DNA of 64,000 nt, from positions 4,584,191-4,648,190 of the forward strand of contig NC_068988.1 in the NCBI RefSeq assembly GCF_001194135.2. The letters are read 5' to 3'. The stretch is from Octopus bimaculoides. Lineage: Eukaryota. Within the stretch, counting starts at the first letter, position 1. Each line of letters begins with the position of its first letter. Made by a program: the position numbers and the translations under genes. Positions 40,749 to 53,539 of the stretch are shown here, piece by piece. The notes below the pieces were generated by a model that was not told the origin of the DNA, did no database searches, and saw nothing but the letters and a program-made list of their open reading frames with translations.

Positions 40749-43540
40749 TCAGTATAAATAAAATTAACTCTGGATTTATTACTCTCCATAGACATGAGCA
40801 TCAAGCATACTCCTCTGGTTATTATTGTCAAGGATCTCTATCTGAAGTGCCTCTTCCTCGAACTACCTATCCTCCCCCATCACTACCACCATCATCACCA
40901 CATACGATAGTCTAGCTCTGAAAGAGAGAAAGTATTAATATATCGACGCCTAAAAGTAGATAATCGGATGTGGGACTGAGAAAGAACCCCAGTATCAATG
41001 GGTAGAGTCGGAGTGTTTTAAAAAGTATGCAATTGTGGCAATGCAGCGAAAATATGAAATAATAATAATAAACGACGACGACGATGAAGTTGATGATAGT
41101 AATAATAATGATGATGGTGATGATGATAACAACATCAACAATAATAATAACAGCAAAAACGATTTTTATATATTGATTAAAGTCTATTTTTGAGTTGAAC
41201 AATTTAAGTTAGTGAAGGAAAGGCGAAAACAATTTTAATGATTCGATTCTCGGTTTGTTGACCTGTATGTTTCGCCATGGTTGAATGGTTATTGATTAAA
41301 GCTAGACTCAATTAGAAACAAAAGTACATTGTAGCACTGAAGCGAGGCAGATAAATGATAAAATAATTCTACTGAATATCAGATCAATGATGACAGGAAA
41401 TGGTAGAGAACACTGGTGTTAGGGATAATGCTAGATCACAACCAACTTTCATTAATTTCTAAACGTATTTACCTTTGCTTCTACGGGAATTCTTCGACTG
41501 AGACGTGAGTTTTCATAGATTGTTTTTTTTTTACCGCAGTTATCTTTCTGAGGTTCATTTCATAAGCAAAAGGTGACGATTTTCTTCATCCTTTCCATGT
41601 GGAGTATTTAATTCCCGTTGGTGTTACAATAAATGTATTTTTTCTGGGCAAGTCACCAGTCGATCATAGCGACTTTTCTCAGAATTTCTTTCTTATAATC
41701 CCATGAGTCTAATAAACTAAGACCTGTAGAATAAAGGAGGGGCTCTGCTCATGGGTTTTACACAAACAGGGGAGACCGATGACGTCATCACCCGTGTTAA
41801 CTGATGCAAGTACAAAAACATTTCGAAGAAGGAAATTCTAAATGATGATGTTGTGGTTTGAACGGTTCGTTAGGGATTTATAGTGGACACCCTATAGACA
41901 ACGAAAGATGTAGAAGCGATTGAGACATAATCACTTGGCTGGATGGGGTATGTGACCATCAAACTCTCGAGTGTAGAAGCTAGCTTATTACAGTAGAAAA
42001 GACAAAGATATGAAACATCTTATCTGTAGCCAAGAAGATGAAATGTTCTTGTAAGCAACTTTATGATAATTAGTCGTGTGGATCCTCCTTGGATGTGGCG
42101 TTGGGTAACAACATCGCCCTAGGTGGGAGAGCAGTGCTCCATTCTGAATCCCCCTTGAACTTTAAACAAATTTTGGAATTGTTTACCGCTCAGATATTTT
42201 CTAGTCAGAGAAAGGCCAGCTTTTAAGATGAAATCCTTGCTATCTTGTAAATGTCCCGTTGCGAGAAGAGACATTTGGAGGGTATTGTCATCATATTTGA
42301 TCAGAGAACGAATAAATATTTGACAGGAGGAGTCTAGACTGTATGAAGTTAACGCTTGAATGTGGACGTTTAGAGAAGAATGGAGAGTAGTAGTACATGT
42401 ATAAGAGAAGACGTTGTTTCAGATGAAAGGAAATATGTCGTTGCTGTATAAGAGGAAGACTGTGAAGAGAACATCTGTCGCTGGTGAACAATAGACTTGA
42501 TAGAGAGTGAGTGTCAGAAAGAAATCCTTCTTCACCTGCAGAGTAAGTGCGATCTAAGAGGAATGCAAACTGCACGAGTGAAGGAGCAAAGACCATCGCG
42601 GATACAGTTTTGATATGCGTTTATAAAAGTGCCAGAACGATATATTTATGTTAAGGTCAACTTGAATATATCTTAACAAGGAAAATTCAAGAGCTCTAGC
42701 ATAAGCGGCTTTACGAAAGCACAGGCTTTAAGAAAGGAGAATTACAATGAACCTCTTGCAGTGGATTTTAATTGCCATATATTCTATAACTGTAAACTTA
42801 GTCCTTCTTCACTCAGTATATGCTACACTAAGAAGTAGAGTTCATAACATGGGAAACAAATACCTCCTTGCATCCATTGCAGGGAGGGTTGCCATTTCCA
42901 CGTTTATTCGTTGAAACAAGGATAAATGCCCGTTGTATAAGAAACAATGATAAGCATTTTATAGTGTATCTAGTGATGTTCACAGAAAAAAAAAACATTC
43001 AGATGGATATAAATCAGACATGATAGGCACTCTGAAATAAATCGGTTTATATAATGTAAGAATAATTTCGAAAACTAGGCCATAAAAAGACTTTGTGCCT
43101 GAAATAAATAAATACAATTAAGTACTTATAAACGAAAAATATAAAAAAAAGAAAGCAAAGTTATTTTATTTACCTCATCTTTTTCATCTATTTCATTCAA
43201 CATGACAATAGTAGAAGAATTGTGGTCGTATATTAGGCGCCAGAAGTCTACAACTGTGTTAGGGAGTGTCATCTGAGTGACGATGAAGGCATCTCGCTTC
43301 TTGTAACTCTAAAAATACATTGGAATAAAACGACATTGATATGTTTTAAGAAGAAGAAAAAAAAACAGAAAAAGAAACAATATGTTGAAATATGAAGAAA
43401 CGAAGTTGAAAAGAAAATATATATACTTTGTCCTTTGAAATGGAAAAACAGAATTTGTTGAAGTTAGACGCTTTAAAAAAATGGTAAAATGTTGAAGATA
43501 AATAACAGAAATGCATACAAATAGATCATTACATTTTAAA

Positions 43541-43835
43541 TGGCACTCCGTCGGTTACGACGGCGAGTGTACCAGTTGATTCAATCAATGGAACAGCCTG
43601 CTTCAGAGATTAACGTGTAAATGGCTGAGCACTCCACAGTTCTCAGTGTTATTCAACATTGCACAGAGTGTGACAAGGCTGGCCCTTTGAATTACAGGTA
43701 CAACTCATTTTTGCCAGATGAATGGACAGGAGCAACGTGAAATGCTTTTCTCAAGAACACAACGCACATCTGGGAATCGAACTCATAACCATAAGGTCGT
43801 GAACTGAATACTACAACCACTAAGCTATGCATCTT
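43541..43835 (-). mobile_element. tRNA-derived SINE sharing the family A 3' domain but with a different middle
   Basis: 3' part tggcactccgtcggttacgacg..gtgtgacaaggctggccctttgaattacagg is shared with family A; middle caacgtgaaatg..tctcaagaacacaacgc differs; head ggaatcgaactc..aaccactaagc. Confidence 0.8.
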
Positions 43836-44196
43836 CCCAAGTCGGTAACGAATTAAACCTTCCGTCGATTCACCAAAAATTTCAAAACAAGTTATGAAGG
43901 AAAGAGTAAACTAGAGCTACAGTATTAGTACATCTCTTAAAAAGTCTTAGGGGGTGGTCTACGTACAAACTGTGTCGATGTGAGATTTGGCTCGCCATGC
44001 TGCAGCCAATTGGCCGTATTATCTGAAGTTAGGTGAAACCCTCATTACTGTAAAGGAGGCTGAAGTAACATGAAATAAATGTTTCTTTTTAATAGAACGC
44101 TCTTCCACGAACCAATTCCATGTATTTACGATCGTGACCCTTAACACTCTTCCTCTTTCATACATACAAACAGATACATACATACGTGTCTGTAAT

Positions 44197-44230
<34 letters not shown>

Positions 44231-44564
44231 ATGAAATTTAGATTCAGTTGAATTAGGTACTTAAATTGAGGCACCTTGTTACCTTGTTAGGACAAACTTA
44301 TTTGCACACTCAGATGATATTAGGTCAAACACTGCACAGAATTGTTTCCACCCCATATTCATGCAGGGTATGCAGATGGCACGATCCAACTTAGTGAATA
44401 AATCTGCTCTTGCTTGTTCAGACATATACTTTACATAAAGATACTTTCCAAATACTTCCGAAGAGCAGATTCCAAGGTAGGTGAGTAAAATATAAATGAG
44501 TAACAAAGATGTATAAGTTTCAGTTAATTACGGCTGTTTCGAGCGACTCCTTTAATTGATCTAT

Positions 44565-44817
44565 GAAAGCATTACATCATTACAAGGAAGACCGTTCTCA
44601 TCAGATGACCGCATAGAGCTCACGCATAAAGGACAAGTTAGATATTTAAACATATTCATATCATCAATAGAGAGCAAATGTTTACAATTATTCCGCTGCT
44701 AAATTTTTGGCAGAAGGAAAAAAGGACAGTACAGCGACAGAAAATTTGTCCTTTATGCTTGGGGTCTATGAGGTCATCTGATGAGAACGGTTTTCTTTTT
44801 AATGTTGTAATGGTTTC
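44565..44817. mobile_element. MITE-like element with TIRs of at least 72 bp (right end runs into a gap)
   Basis: 44565-44636 is the reverse complement of 44746-44817 with scattered mismatches; core ccgttctcatcagatgacc is perfect. Confidence 0.8.
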
Positions 44818-46155
44818 NNNNNNNNNNTATATATATATATATATATATATATATCAGTATACGTGTCTGTGATAATTGTGGATATTAAATTGGGATATCA
44901 TTAAATGCGCCAGGCTTCCAAATCTTCCACAAATTACAGCCAGTCCTACCACACCGAATATGAGAAGAGATTGTTAAGGCGGGGATGTATTTTATTCTAT
45001 GTTTGACTGATCAGGGGCAGTCTAATGTAAATCAACAACATTAACAACATGAGCAACAATATCGTCACGAGCGCCTACACAGCTACTCTACCTGCTAGAC
45101 ATAGTAGCTACATCTTTTAAATCCCACCTTACGTTTTTCAAATAGGATACACTAGATAATGTAATATAAATAGAAAATGGAAGAATCAAGCATAAAATAT
45201 TTTGATTATAGGACTTGTGTATCAAAACTGGGCTTAAAAAACACCAAAATGTATCAACGAAAATAAAATATGACGAAACTTAAATGACAAAAGGAGACTT
45301 TGATACTTACATTAAGGAACACTGCATTTATATAATCATTGCTCTCGTCAGCAGGCGTTGTTAGATACGGCCGACATCTGTTGGCTGGAACGAGAAAAAA
45401 GAATTTACCGATAATTCCCCGTTAATCGAACAAAATACAGCAATGAGAAATTATGGTAATTTTCTGTCATAACCAGAAAAATACATTATTCGGAAAATAG
45501 AAACCAATGAGGAAGTCTCCGTCACATTGATGACCTATAGTACACATAAGTCAGCAATGAAGGACACATTTTTAATTGACATACTATGGATTTTAATAGA
45601 AAATCTCATTGTAATATGTTACAAAAATTATATTCAAAATGGCATCATCGTAATTAACGTCACAAATCACAGAATTCCTAATAAAAGTAAGTTAGTATTA
45701 ACTTGATGTTTTTTTTCTAAAACCCAGATGCTACATGTACAACATGTTTCTGTCTAAACGGAGTTCAAATTCATAGCACCTAAGAAAATATTCGTCTATT
45801 TGCTCCGGTTACAAAGATGAAAGGAATAAAGAAACAGAAAAGAAATAAAGTAATAAAAATAGATAAAAGTAGTTAAAAGAATATGGCAGGAGAATAACGT
45901 TCAAAACTCATTTTTTTCTGGAGGATGTGGATGTTGGTTAGTACTTCCATGAAGGTACAGGTTTTTAGTTAAAATCTCAGGTAAATCCAGGCTCTTTAAT
46001 ATAATATATACATGCTATTACGGAAACTTTACACGGATCCCTGGATCCAGCTTTAGCTGTAATCTTGGAACCTAATGATCGATCAACTATAGCACTTACC
46101 CTGCGTACCTATTCGATTAGATCACAAGTAAACTAAACCTATCATACTCTTTCTT

Positions 46156-46187
<32 letters not shown>

Positions 46188-46207
46188 GTATGTGTGTATG
46201 TATGAAT

Positions 46208-46225
46208 AGAAATCTAATTCTGCTC

Positions 46226-46287
<62 letters not shown>
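46208..46287. repeat. (TG)n microsatellite
   Basis: Direct inspection. Confidence 0.97.
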
Positions 46288-46297
46288 NNNNNNNNNN

Positions 46298-46755
46298 TAT
46301 TATTTTATTTAAAAGAATTCCAACTCCGTCTGTTTTTTATGTTTTATTTATACTCTTGTAAAATTAATGTGGGATATAGAATATGGAATATATAATATAT
46401 AATATAAAATATAAAAATGGATGGTACAATGAAATGAAGTATTGAATGTCTTATTGAATATATGGAATATGTCTTATTGAATATATGAAATATTGAGTGT
46501 TCAATATAAAGGATTAAATATATGAAGGTGAATACGTATTTTCTATACCTTGTGGTATTTCATCATGGCCGGTATGACAGACTGTAACAATAAGACATAT
46601 TCCATATATTCAATAAGACATTCAATACTTCCTTTCATTGTACCATCCATTTTTATATTATATATTCCATATTCTATATCCCACATTAATTTTACAAGAG
46701 TATAAATAAAACATAAAAAACAGACAGAGTTGGAATTCTTTTAAATAAAATAATA
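46298..46755. mobile_element. Foldback/MITE-like element with about 170-bp inverted arms and a 108-bp spacer
   Basis: 46298-46479 vs reverse complement of 46588-46755: 2 substitutions and one 10-14 bp AT indel; TA-rich right flank. Confidence 0.88.
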
Positions 46756-47050
46756 TATATATTTATGTATGTATGTATGTATGTATATAAAATATAATAA
46801 TAAACGCCTAATATAATTATTTCTGTATTTATATTTCCATTCCGAGCTATGCTGCACGACTGTTTATCCACAGACCAACAGACGAATTCCAGCTATTTAT
46901 AGATTATCGGAGTCTTTTTTTTTTTTTACTTTTCATTTTTGCTATGAGAAGAGATTGTAAGAATACCACTCAAGCATTTCCCATTTATGGAGAAAGGGAC
47001 ACTTTAAGGGATATTTCATGTCTCTTGTCGCTGTGTAATATCGCCAATTT

Positions 47051-47100
47051 AGAGAGAGAAGCGAGAGAGAAGCGAGAGAGAAGCGAGAGAGAAGCGAGAG
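47051..47100. repeat. (AGAGAGAAGCG)4 minisatellite
   Basis: Direct inspection. Confidence 0.9.
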
Positions 47101-48119
47101 ATAAGGAGAAAAGGGAAATTATATATATATATAGAGAGAGAGGGATATAGAAAAAGACGACTCCATTAATTAGATTGTACTTTATTTATCGACTGCAGAA
47201 GGATAAGGTGCAAGTATCTCGCGGGTAGGTTCCAAACTGATCATCATAGAGATCTGGATTATCATAGGATTCCGGATCTTTTAGTCTTTTAAATGACTCA
47301 GAATTCACTGTCGTTAAATAATCATATAACATTTACATTCCACTTTTATATTTTATATAATTTGAAATAAAAACAATTTATCTATTTACTAACAAAAGGC
47401 ACTTAAGACCATCAGTTACTTATTGATATTTGTAATCAATAATAGTTAAACTAACACACCAACTGACTAACACAAAAGTTATACCTGAGCCTGAGAGAGT
47501 GCATCACTGAGTGGCTAAGAGAGTTTTACACCTTTTCCCTAAGCGAGAATTTTTCTCCATTGTAAACTGTAGTGAAGCTGCGTTCAGGAGTTAAAATATG
47601 TCACAAACATGTTTAAGCTAACCTAATGTTTGTTTAAATATTTATACACTTTTACAGCCATTATATAGCTTGTATGTCTCGTTGTTTTCTTTATAACTTT
47701 AGAGAACAAATGTTTTGTGTGCCTATGTGTGTGTGTTTGTACGTGTGTGTGTGTGTGTGTTTGAGCGTGTGTGTGCGTATGTGTGTATATGTGTGTGTGT
47801 ATGTGTGTATGTGTGTGTGTGCGTGATATGTTCTCTAGTAAGACAAATCTAGTCGCCCACAAAGTTGCATCGATACCTAAACATATTTCTCGTATTTACT
47901 CAACGACACACACACGTGTCAGTATAGAATCGTATGTCCCAAGTAGTTATGTGCCTTGTACTCCTTCCTATGAGGGGCGAAAGAAAAATGAAACCTGAGC
48001 ATTTTCAAAATAATCATCGCCAGCAGTAAATAAAATCAGATTGTTGTTCATTAGAGAAATATGCTTAAACTTTTAATTTTATAAAGTTTGGTTTTAATAC
48101 AAGTCTTGTAAGTCTCTCA

Positions 48120-48508
48120 GTGAAGGCGCGATGGCCCAGAGGTTTGGGCAGCGGACTCGCTGTCATAGGATCGCGGTTTCGATTCACAGACCGGGCGTTG
48201 TGAGTGTTTATTGAGCGAAAACATCTAAAGCACCACGAGGCTCCGGCAGGGGATGGTGGCGAACCCTGCTGTACTCTTTCACCACAAATGTCTCTCACTC
48301 TTACTATCTGTTTCTGTTGTGCCTGTATTTCAAAGGGCCAGCTTATCACACTGTGTCACGTTGAATATCCCCGAGAACTACGTTAAGGGTACACGTGTCT
48401 GCAGAGTGCTCAGCCACTTGCACGTTAATTTCACGAGCAGGCTGTTCCAGTTGATCGGATCAACTGGAACCCTCGACGTCGTAAGCGACGGTGTGCCAAC
48501 AACAACAA
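48120..48508 (+). mobile_element. tRNA-derived SINE family A, full length with TSD
   Basis: A box tggcccagagg, B box ggtttcgattc, (CAA)n tail; 11-bp TSD taagtctctca at 48109-48119 and 48509-48519. Confidence 0.93.
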
Positions 48509-49300
48509 TAAGTCTCTCAATCAACAACTGTCATTAAACGGATAGTAATGTCCGTTAATTATATGCCATTTCCCTTTTCATAATACAACTGTTGCTAAAT
48601 ATATTTTCATGATAAACCATACAACCAGCGGTAAAGTATTTGGTATTCCGTAGATTGCGAAACAATCTTTATAAACCATGTGTTGTAGGACAGACTACTT
48701 TCACTGCTGACAGAAGACAATAAAATTCTGACACGTTGGCATCAGTTTCAATACTGAAAGCAAAATAAAATAGAATTCTCCTTTCCTCCACCACATCAAT
48801 TACTTAGAACTTAATTTAACTTCTGTGTGATCTATTAAAGTAAACATCATACAACGATGACGTATGGTTTGTAGGTTCGAAATTGTATGTTTCGAAATTG
48901 TTTACCTAATTATGCGAATTTTGAAAAGGCATGAATGTTACAAGCCCTCAATTCTATTAGTCTATAAATTTCTGTTCTTTAATGTAATTTATAAAATATA
49001 TCACATCTGCACAAAAATGAGAGACTCTACAAGAAGCAGAAAACTTCATTTCTCGAAATTTTTGTCCATTAACTGACAAGTGTCATGCAAAATTAAGACT
49101 GACATACGTAAAGAAATTTAATTAAAATATAGTAGATTCTATTGGAAATATTTAAAATCAAGTTGCTTTTGAAATCGGTCCAGTCTCTACGCACATATAT
49201 ATTTTATGACATACTTATATTTGAAGACTTACACATGTATGTCTGTTGCTTTGTGTGTGCTTATGTTTCTGTATACTTGTTAGTTATGACTTATCTATTA

Positions 49301-49340
<40 letters not shown>

Positions 49341-50331
49341 TGTATGTATATGTGTGTATGAGTGAGTGTGGTGGGAGAAAGAGAATAAATATATATAGTG
49401 TATGGAATGATCGCATAGAGAGGAAAAAATGTAAACCTTGGTCTTTTATTAACAACAGACAGTGAGGCACCGATGTATATTCGAATTTAAATCAATTTGG
49501 AGCCTCAGTCAAAAAGTTTGTTCCTTCAAAATGCTTCATTTCTCACAAAAGTTGAATTGTGCCAAAATTATTAGAAGTAGGCTCGAGTCAATGCAACAAG
49601 TGAGCGTTTTGACAAGGAAAGGCGTCAGATGTACCACAGTGAAGAGGTTGGCAGGCTAAAGTAACAATTGTAAGCTACATACAGCAAGAAAATATTGTGG
49701 ACGATAGAAATAAAACAAACTACTTCAAATAGATATTCGAGAGTTACATACGTCAGCGCACATACACACAGATACATACACATGTTTGTACATAGAAAAA
49801 TAAACAAAACATATACATATTTATCGATACACTCACACAAATCGTATGAAAAAACATATTATGCATACAAACATACATACTTATGTTATTTCCATGGATA
49901 TGAACGCATGGACAGGTGCAGAGATCAGTGTGCGGTTTAGAAAATCACTTTGCCACCACTTCGGTCTGGCTTCAAGACCACTGTGGAGGAAATAGGACTA
50001 ATGATCTACTCAAGTTTAGTGTTCACCAGTAACCTGTGCGTGGTTACACCTCTCTCTCTCTGTGTTTGCGTGAGCGTGCGCGCGTTTACAGTATATAACC
50101 TGTGTAATTTGTGTTCATGTCTCTTTATATCTCGCAACGTAGAGTCTCGAGAGATAAAAGACGGGAAGTAAAGATGAAAACAAGTATTCGTTTTGCAGTG
50201 AAGGTCTTAACCTTTTGGGGGTATGCACTATCATGGCTGCCTTACAAGAAATGATATATCATATTTAGAGTTTTTCTACCTAGACAACCATTAGTCTTAA
50301 TAAACACACATGTGTGTATGCATATATACAC

Positions 50332-50386
<55 letters not shown>

Positions 50387-50387
50387 A

Positions 50388-50426
<39 letters not shown>

Positions 50427-51617
50427 CAATGGCATACGCTCACAAAGACACCCACTCACACACATATAGTCATATATACACACACACACGGGGGTGTGTG
50501 TATATATAAATAAAATATATGAAAAACCGGTTATAAACTGGTTTGAAAATATTCGATATTCATTCGAAACTTTTAGGTTCATATTAAAAGTGGAATTTTG
50601 CTGTTTTTAACATCTGGTATTTTCTTGTAACATAAGTCGTTGCTTTATACTACAAAAATTCGAACGCTATTTCTTTTATGATCCCCTTGACACTTTTCTA
50701 AATGACTTACTTTCTATGATAGACGTAGATTACTTTTGAGCACAGTCGTTTCTTTATTGTAATCTTTATAGAGATGTATTATTGGATTTGGAACCTACAA
50801 GTTTTAGATAAGTGTCATGAATAATCCTCGCTTGGATATATGCTGTAATTGGATCGATCTTATATACATTTGGTGTAGAATAAATTTAATTCAAACGCCT
50901 AATATAATATGCTTCGTGACAAATATCATGAGGTTTTCACAACAATGTGTTTTCATAAATTTCAAATGAAGACATTGCTATGTAGACCAAAAGTCCTACA
51001 TACATCTAAATCAAATTCAATTTCCATTATGATAACCTTAGCAACAATTTCGAAGTGAGAACTGGTTTGGGGAAATCAATTCTTTTTTTTTTTTTATTCT
51101 TTGGAATGCTAAGAAATGACAATGCTGAATGTCACTTATTTTCCATGTCTCTGAATGAAGGAATGGAACAACGTACGTCAAGAGACCGAGCAAACAATAG
51201 AGCGGAATCAATAGAGATGTAAACTTATAATATTACACTTTAGTATCTGAGTGTATAGAATTATAAATAGCAAACAATGGCGCGAGTATAAAAAATATTA
51301 TTTAAACGGTGGCTAAGAGATGAGAAATCGTGTAAGTAGCTGACAAATTAAGGGATAACAATATTCAAACAATTATTAAGGTTCCCCATGAATTGTAACC
51401 CAGCTATTCAGACTGCAATGAATAATTACAAAAGATGTATGCATGTACACATGCATATGTGTGTGTATACATATATTTCTATATAAATGTTTGTGTATAT
51501 ATATATGTGTGTGTATATATATATCTATATATATATATATATATTCATACCTACATACATTATATGTACATACATACATATACGCATGTCCCTATACGTA
51601 CGCACATGCATACGTAT

Positions 51618-51664
<47 letters not shown>

Positions 51665-53366
51665 TATATATATACACAAATAGATAGACATACACATGCA
51701 TATTCACATATACGTATACATATGTATATTACATACGCAGATGTATGTGTGTGTGTGTGTTATTTGTTTTTCAGAATAATTGTTTAATCGGAATTAATAT
51801 TGATACTAAACAAAAACGTAGCGGTACGAAAGTTATGGTGTTGCTAATACTTCACGTCACCAGTAGTTTCTGTTACATAAGTAGCTAGAACACATAACTG
51901 GCAGCAGAATGCAAAGGAGGCAATAATTTGGTGTGGTTTCTGGGAGTTTTAGAAATGAAATTAAATGGTTATTCCAAAGCTTAGAAAAGGCGAGAACTAA
52001 GAAACTATTTCAATGATGTCACAGGGAAGTAACTAATTATATTCTCCATCCTAGAATAGAATTACTAAAACATTCTGATAATCATTTACAAATTATTCTC
52101 GGTTGAATTTACAATTGTTTATCATTGCCATACACAATTTTAAAAGAATTGCAAAACAGTCGAGGATAAAATTATCGTTAACGTATTCTGCATTCATAAA
52201 TTAGATTTCGGCGGTATATTTTGAAATACGAATTTCTTAATTAAGATGCTGTAGAAGTAAACATTTTCTATACTTATGAATATAACATTGCGCTCCAGAT
52301 ACTGTTGTATAATATAGTATACTTGAATCAATAAGTTAGCCATGACTGTAATACAGTAATGTAGTATATTTGAACTAATAATATAATACTTTGCTCTGGT
52401 TGCGTCTATATAATACAGTTTAATATTATATCATCATATATTATATATAATAAATAATCTCGTTTATTATAATTTATTATAATAAATTACTACACTTTTA
52501 AGTTACTGGATTATGAAATAGTTTATAAATATTTTGAAATGAATAATAAATTTTAACGCAAATATCAATATCAGAAATGTAAAGAGAATGAAATAATATT
52601 GTATTTTACGTAAATACTATATTAGAAAAATGTGACCTTAGGATATGTAGCATATTAGAAAATTTGTTTGAATCGAAAATAATCAATAATTAATTAGAAA
52701 TAACAACATAGCTTTAAAATAAGGATATCATCAACTGAAATCAATAGTAGTAAAATGAAAATAGTTATAGTCCATTGTAAATGAGTGTTTTGCATAGTGT
52801 TAATGAGTTTCTCCTAGAAAATCAACAAGGTAGTAGTGACCAGCATGTTACATAACAACAGTAATTATCTTAATCAGAATAATATTTGATCTTAGGTAAG
52901 ATTGCATTCGTCACTGCTGCAGGTTTATTTCTAATAAGCCAGAATAAAAAAAAAAGTATAAAATTTATTACAATATATCCCAGGGTTAGAAGCTTCCACA
53001 TCAGATTTTCTTTCCCATTCAGTCTGAGTGCTGTTTAGTTTTACTGAAGAAATGACATTGCTATAAGGTTTTCAAATCTCTCACATCCTTTAGTTTTCTA
53101 CAACCAATTTAACGGTTTCTTTTCAATTTGGTATAACACAGGATAGTTGTCTCCCCTAGAATTATATGTTTTCATATCTTGCCTATTTTCCAATCTGGCT
53201 GGCAGTTATACTGCATCTATAGCTACAGTTGTATATATTCCTCGGAGTTAGTTGATATCGCACCATCTCTCCTCAGGCCCATCTAATGACCTAGTTTCTT
53301 CTCAGTTCCATATTTAAGAAATGAGGAATTATGTACATTATTTACATTATTTCTTGTTTGTTGCTA

Positions 53367-53410
53367 ACACAACGTTTCGGATGATATACCCTCCAGTCTT
53401 CTTCAGGTGT
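53367..53410 (-). ncRNA. Decayed minimal type I hammerhead ribozyme motif in the Penelope 3' region
   Basis: Minus strand acac-CTGAAGA-a-gactg gagggtatat catcc-GAA-ACGT-T-gtgt. Core boxes are intact, stem I is ACAC/GTGT, stem III is the palindrome ACGT, and stem II has 2 mismatches. Confidence 0.6.
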
Positions 53411-53480
53411 CTTGGGGAAATTTCGAACATGGGTTCTCATTCCTAAGGTATTTTTCGATGTTGTTATTAATTTTATTATT

Positions 53481-53539
53481 ATCGAACTCGGAATCTTGAG
53501 GTTAGTAGACCGCGCTCGTAACCACTACGCCATATGCCC
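53481..53539 (-). promoter_or_regulatory. tRNA-like Pol III type 2 promoter cassette (A box + B box) inside the Penelope 3' region
   Basis: gggcataTGGCGTAGTGGttacgagcgcggtctactaacctcaagattccGAGTTCGAT; tRNA-like A-B spacing. Confidence 0.65.

Noticed and set aside
41800-42640. Possible RTE 3' remnants (TWLDGV..) and weak Tc1-like text at 30400-30600
   Set aside because: Similarity is too fragmentary to support a call without an HMM search.
44422-44476. Micro-exon candidates with strong donors (44422-44476 and 28157-28232, plus strand)
   Set aside because: Splice-like motifs alone are common in 64 kb; no recognisable peptide or consistent gene model.
44776-44800. CTGATGAG, a possible second hammerhead (also other CTGATGA hits at 1083, 15432 and 20810)
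   Set aside because: No downstream stem II + GAAA box or stem I pairing; the 44.8-kb hit is part of a MITE TIR.
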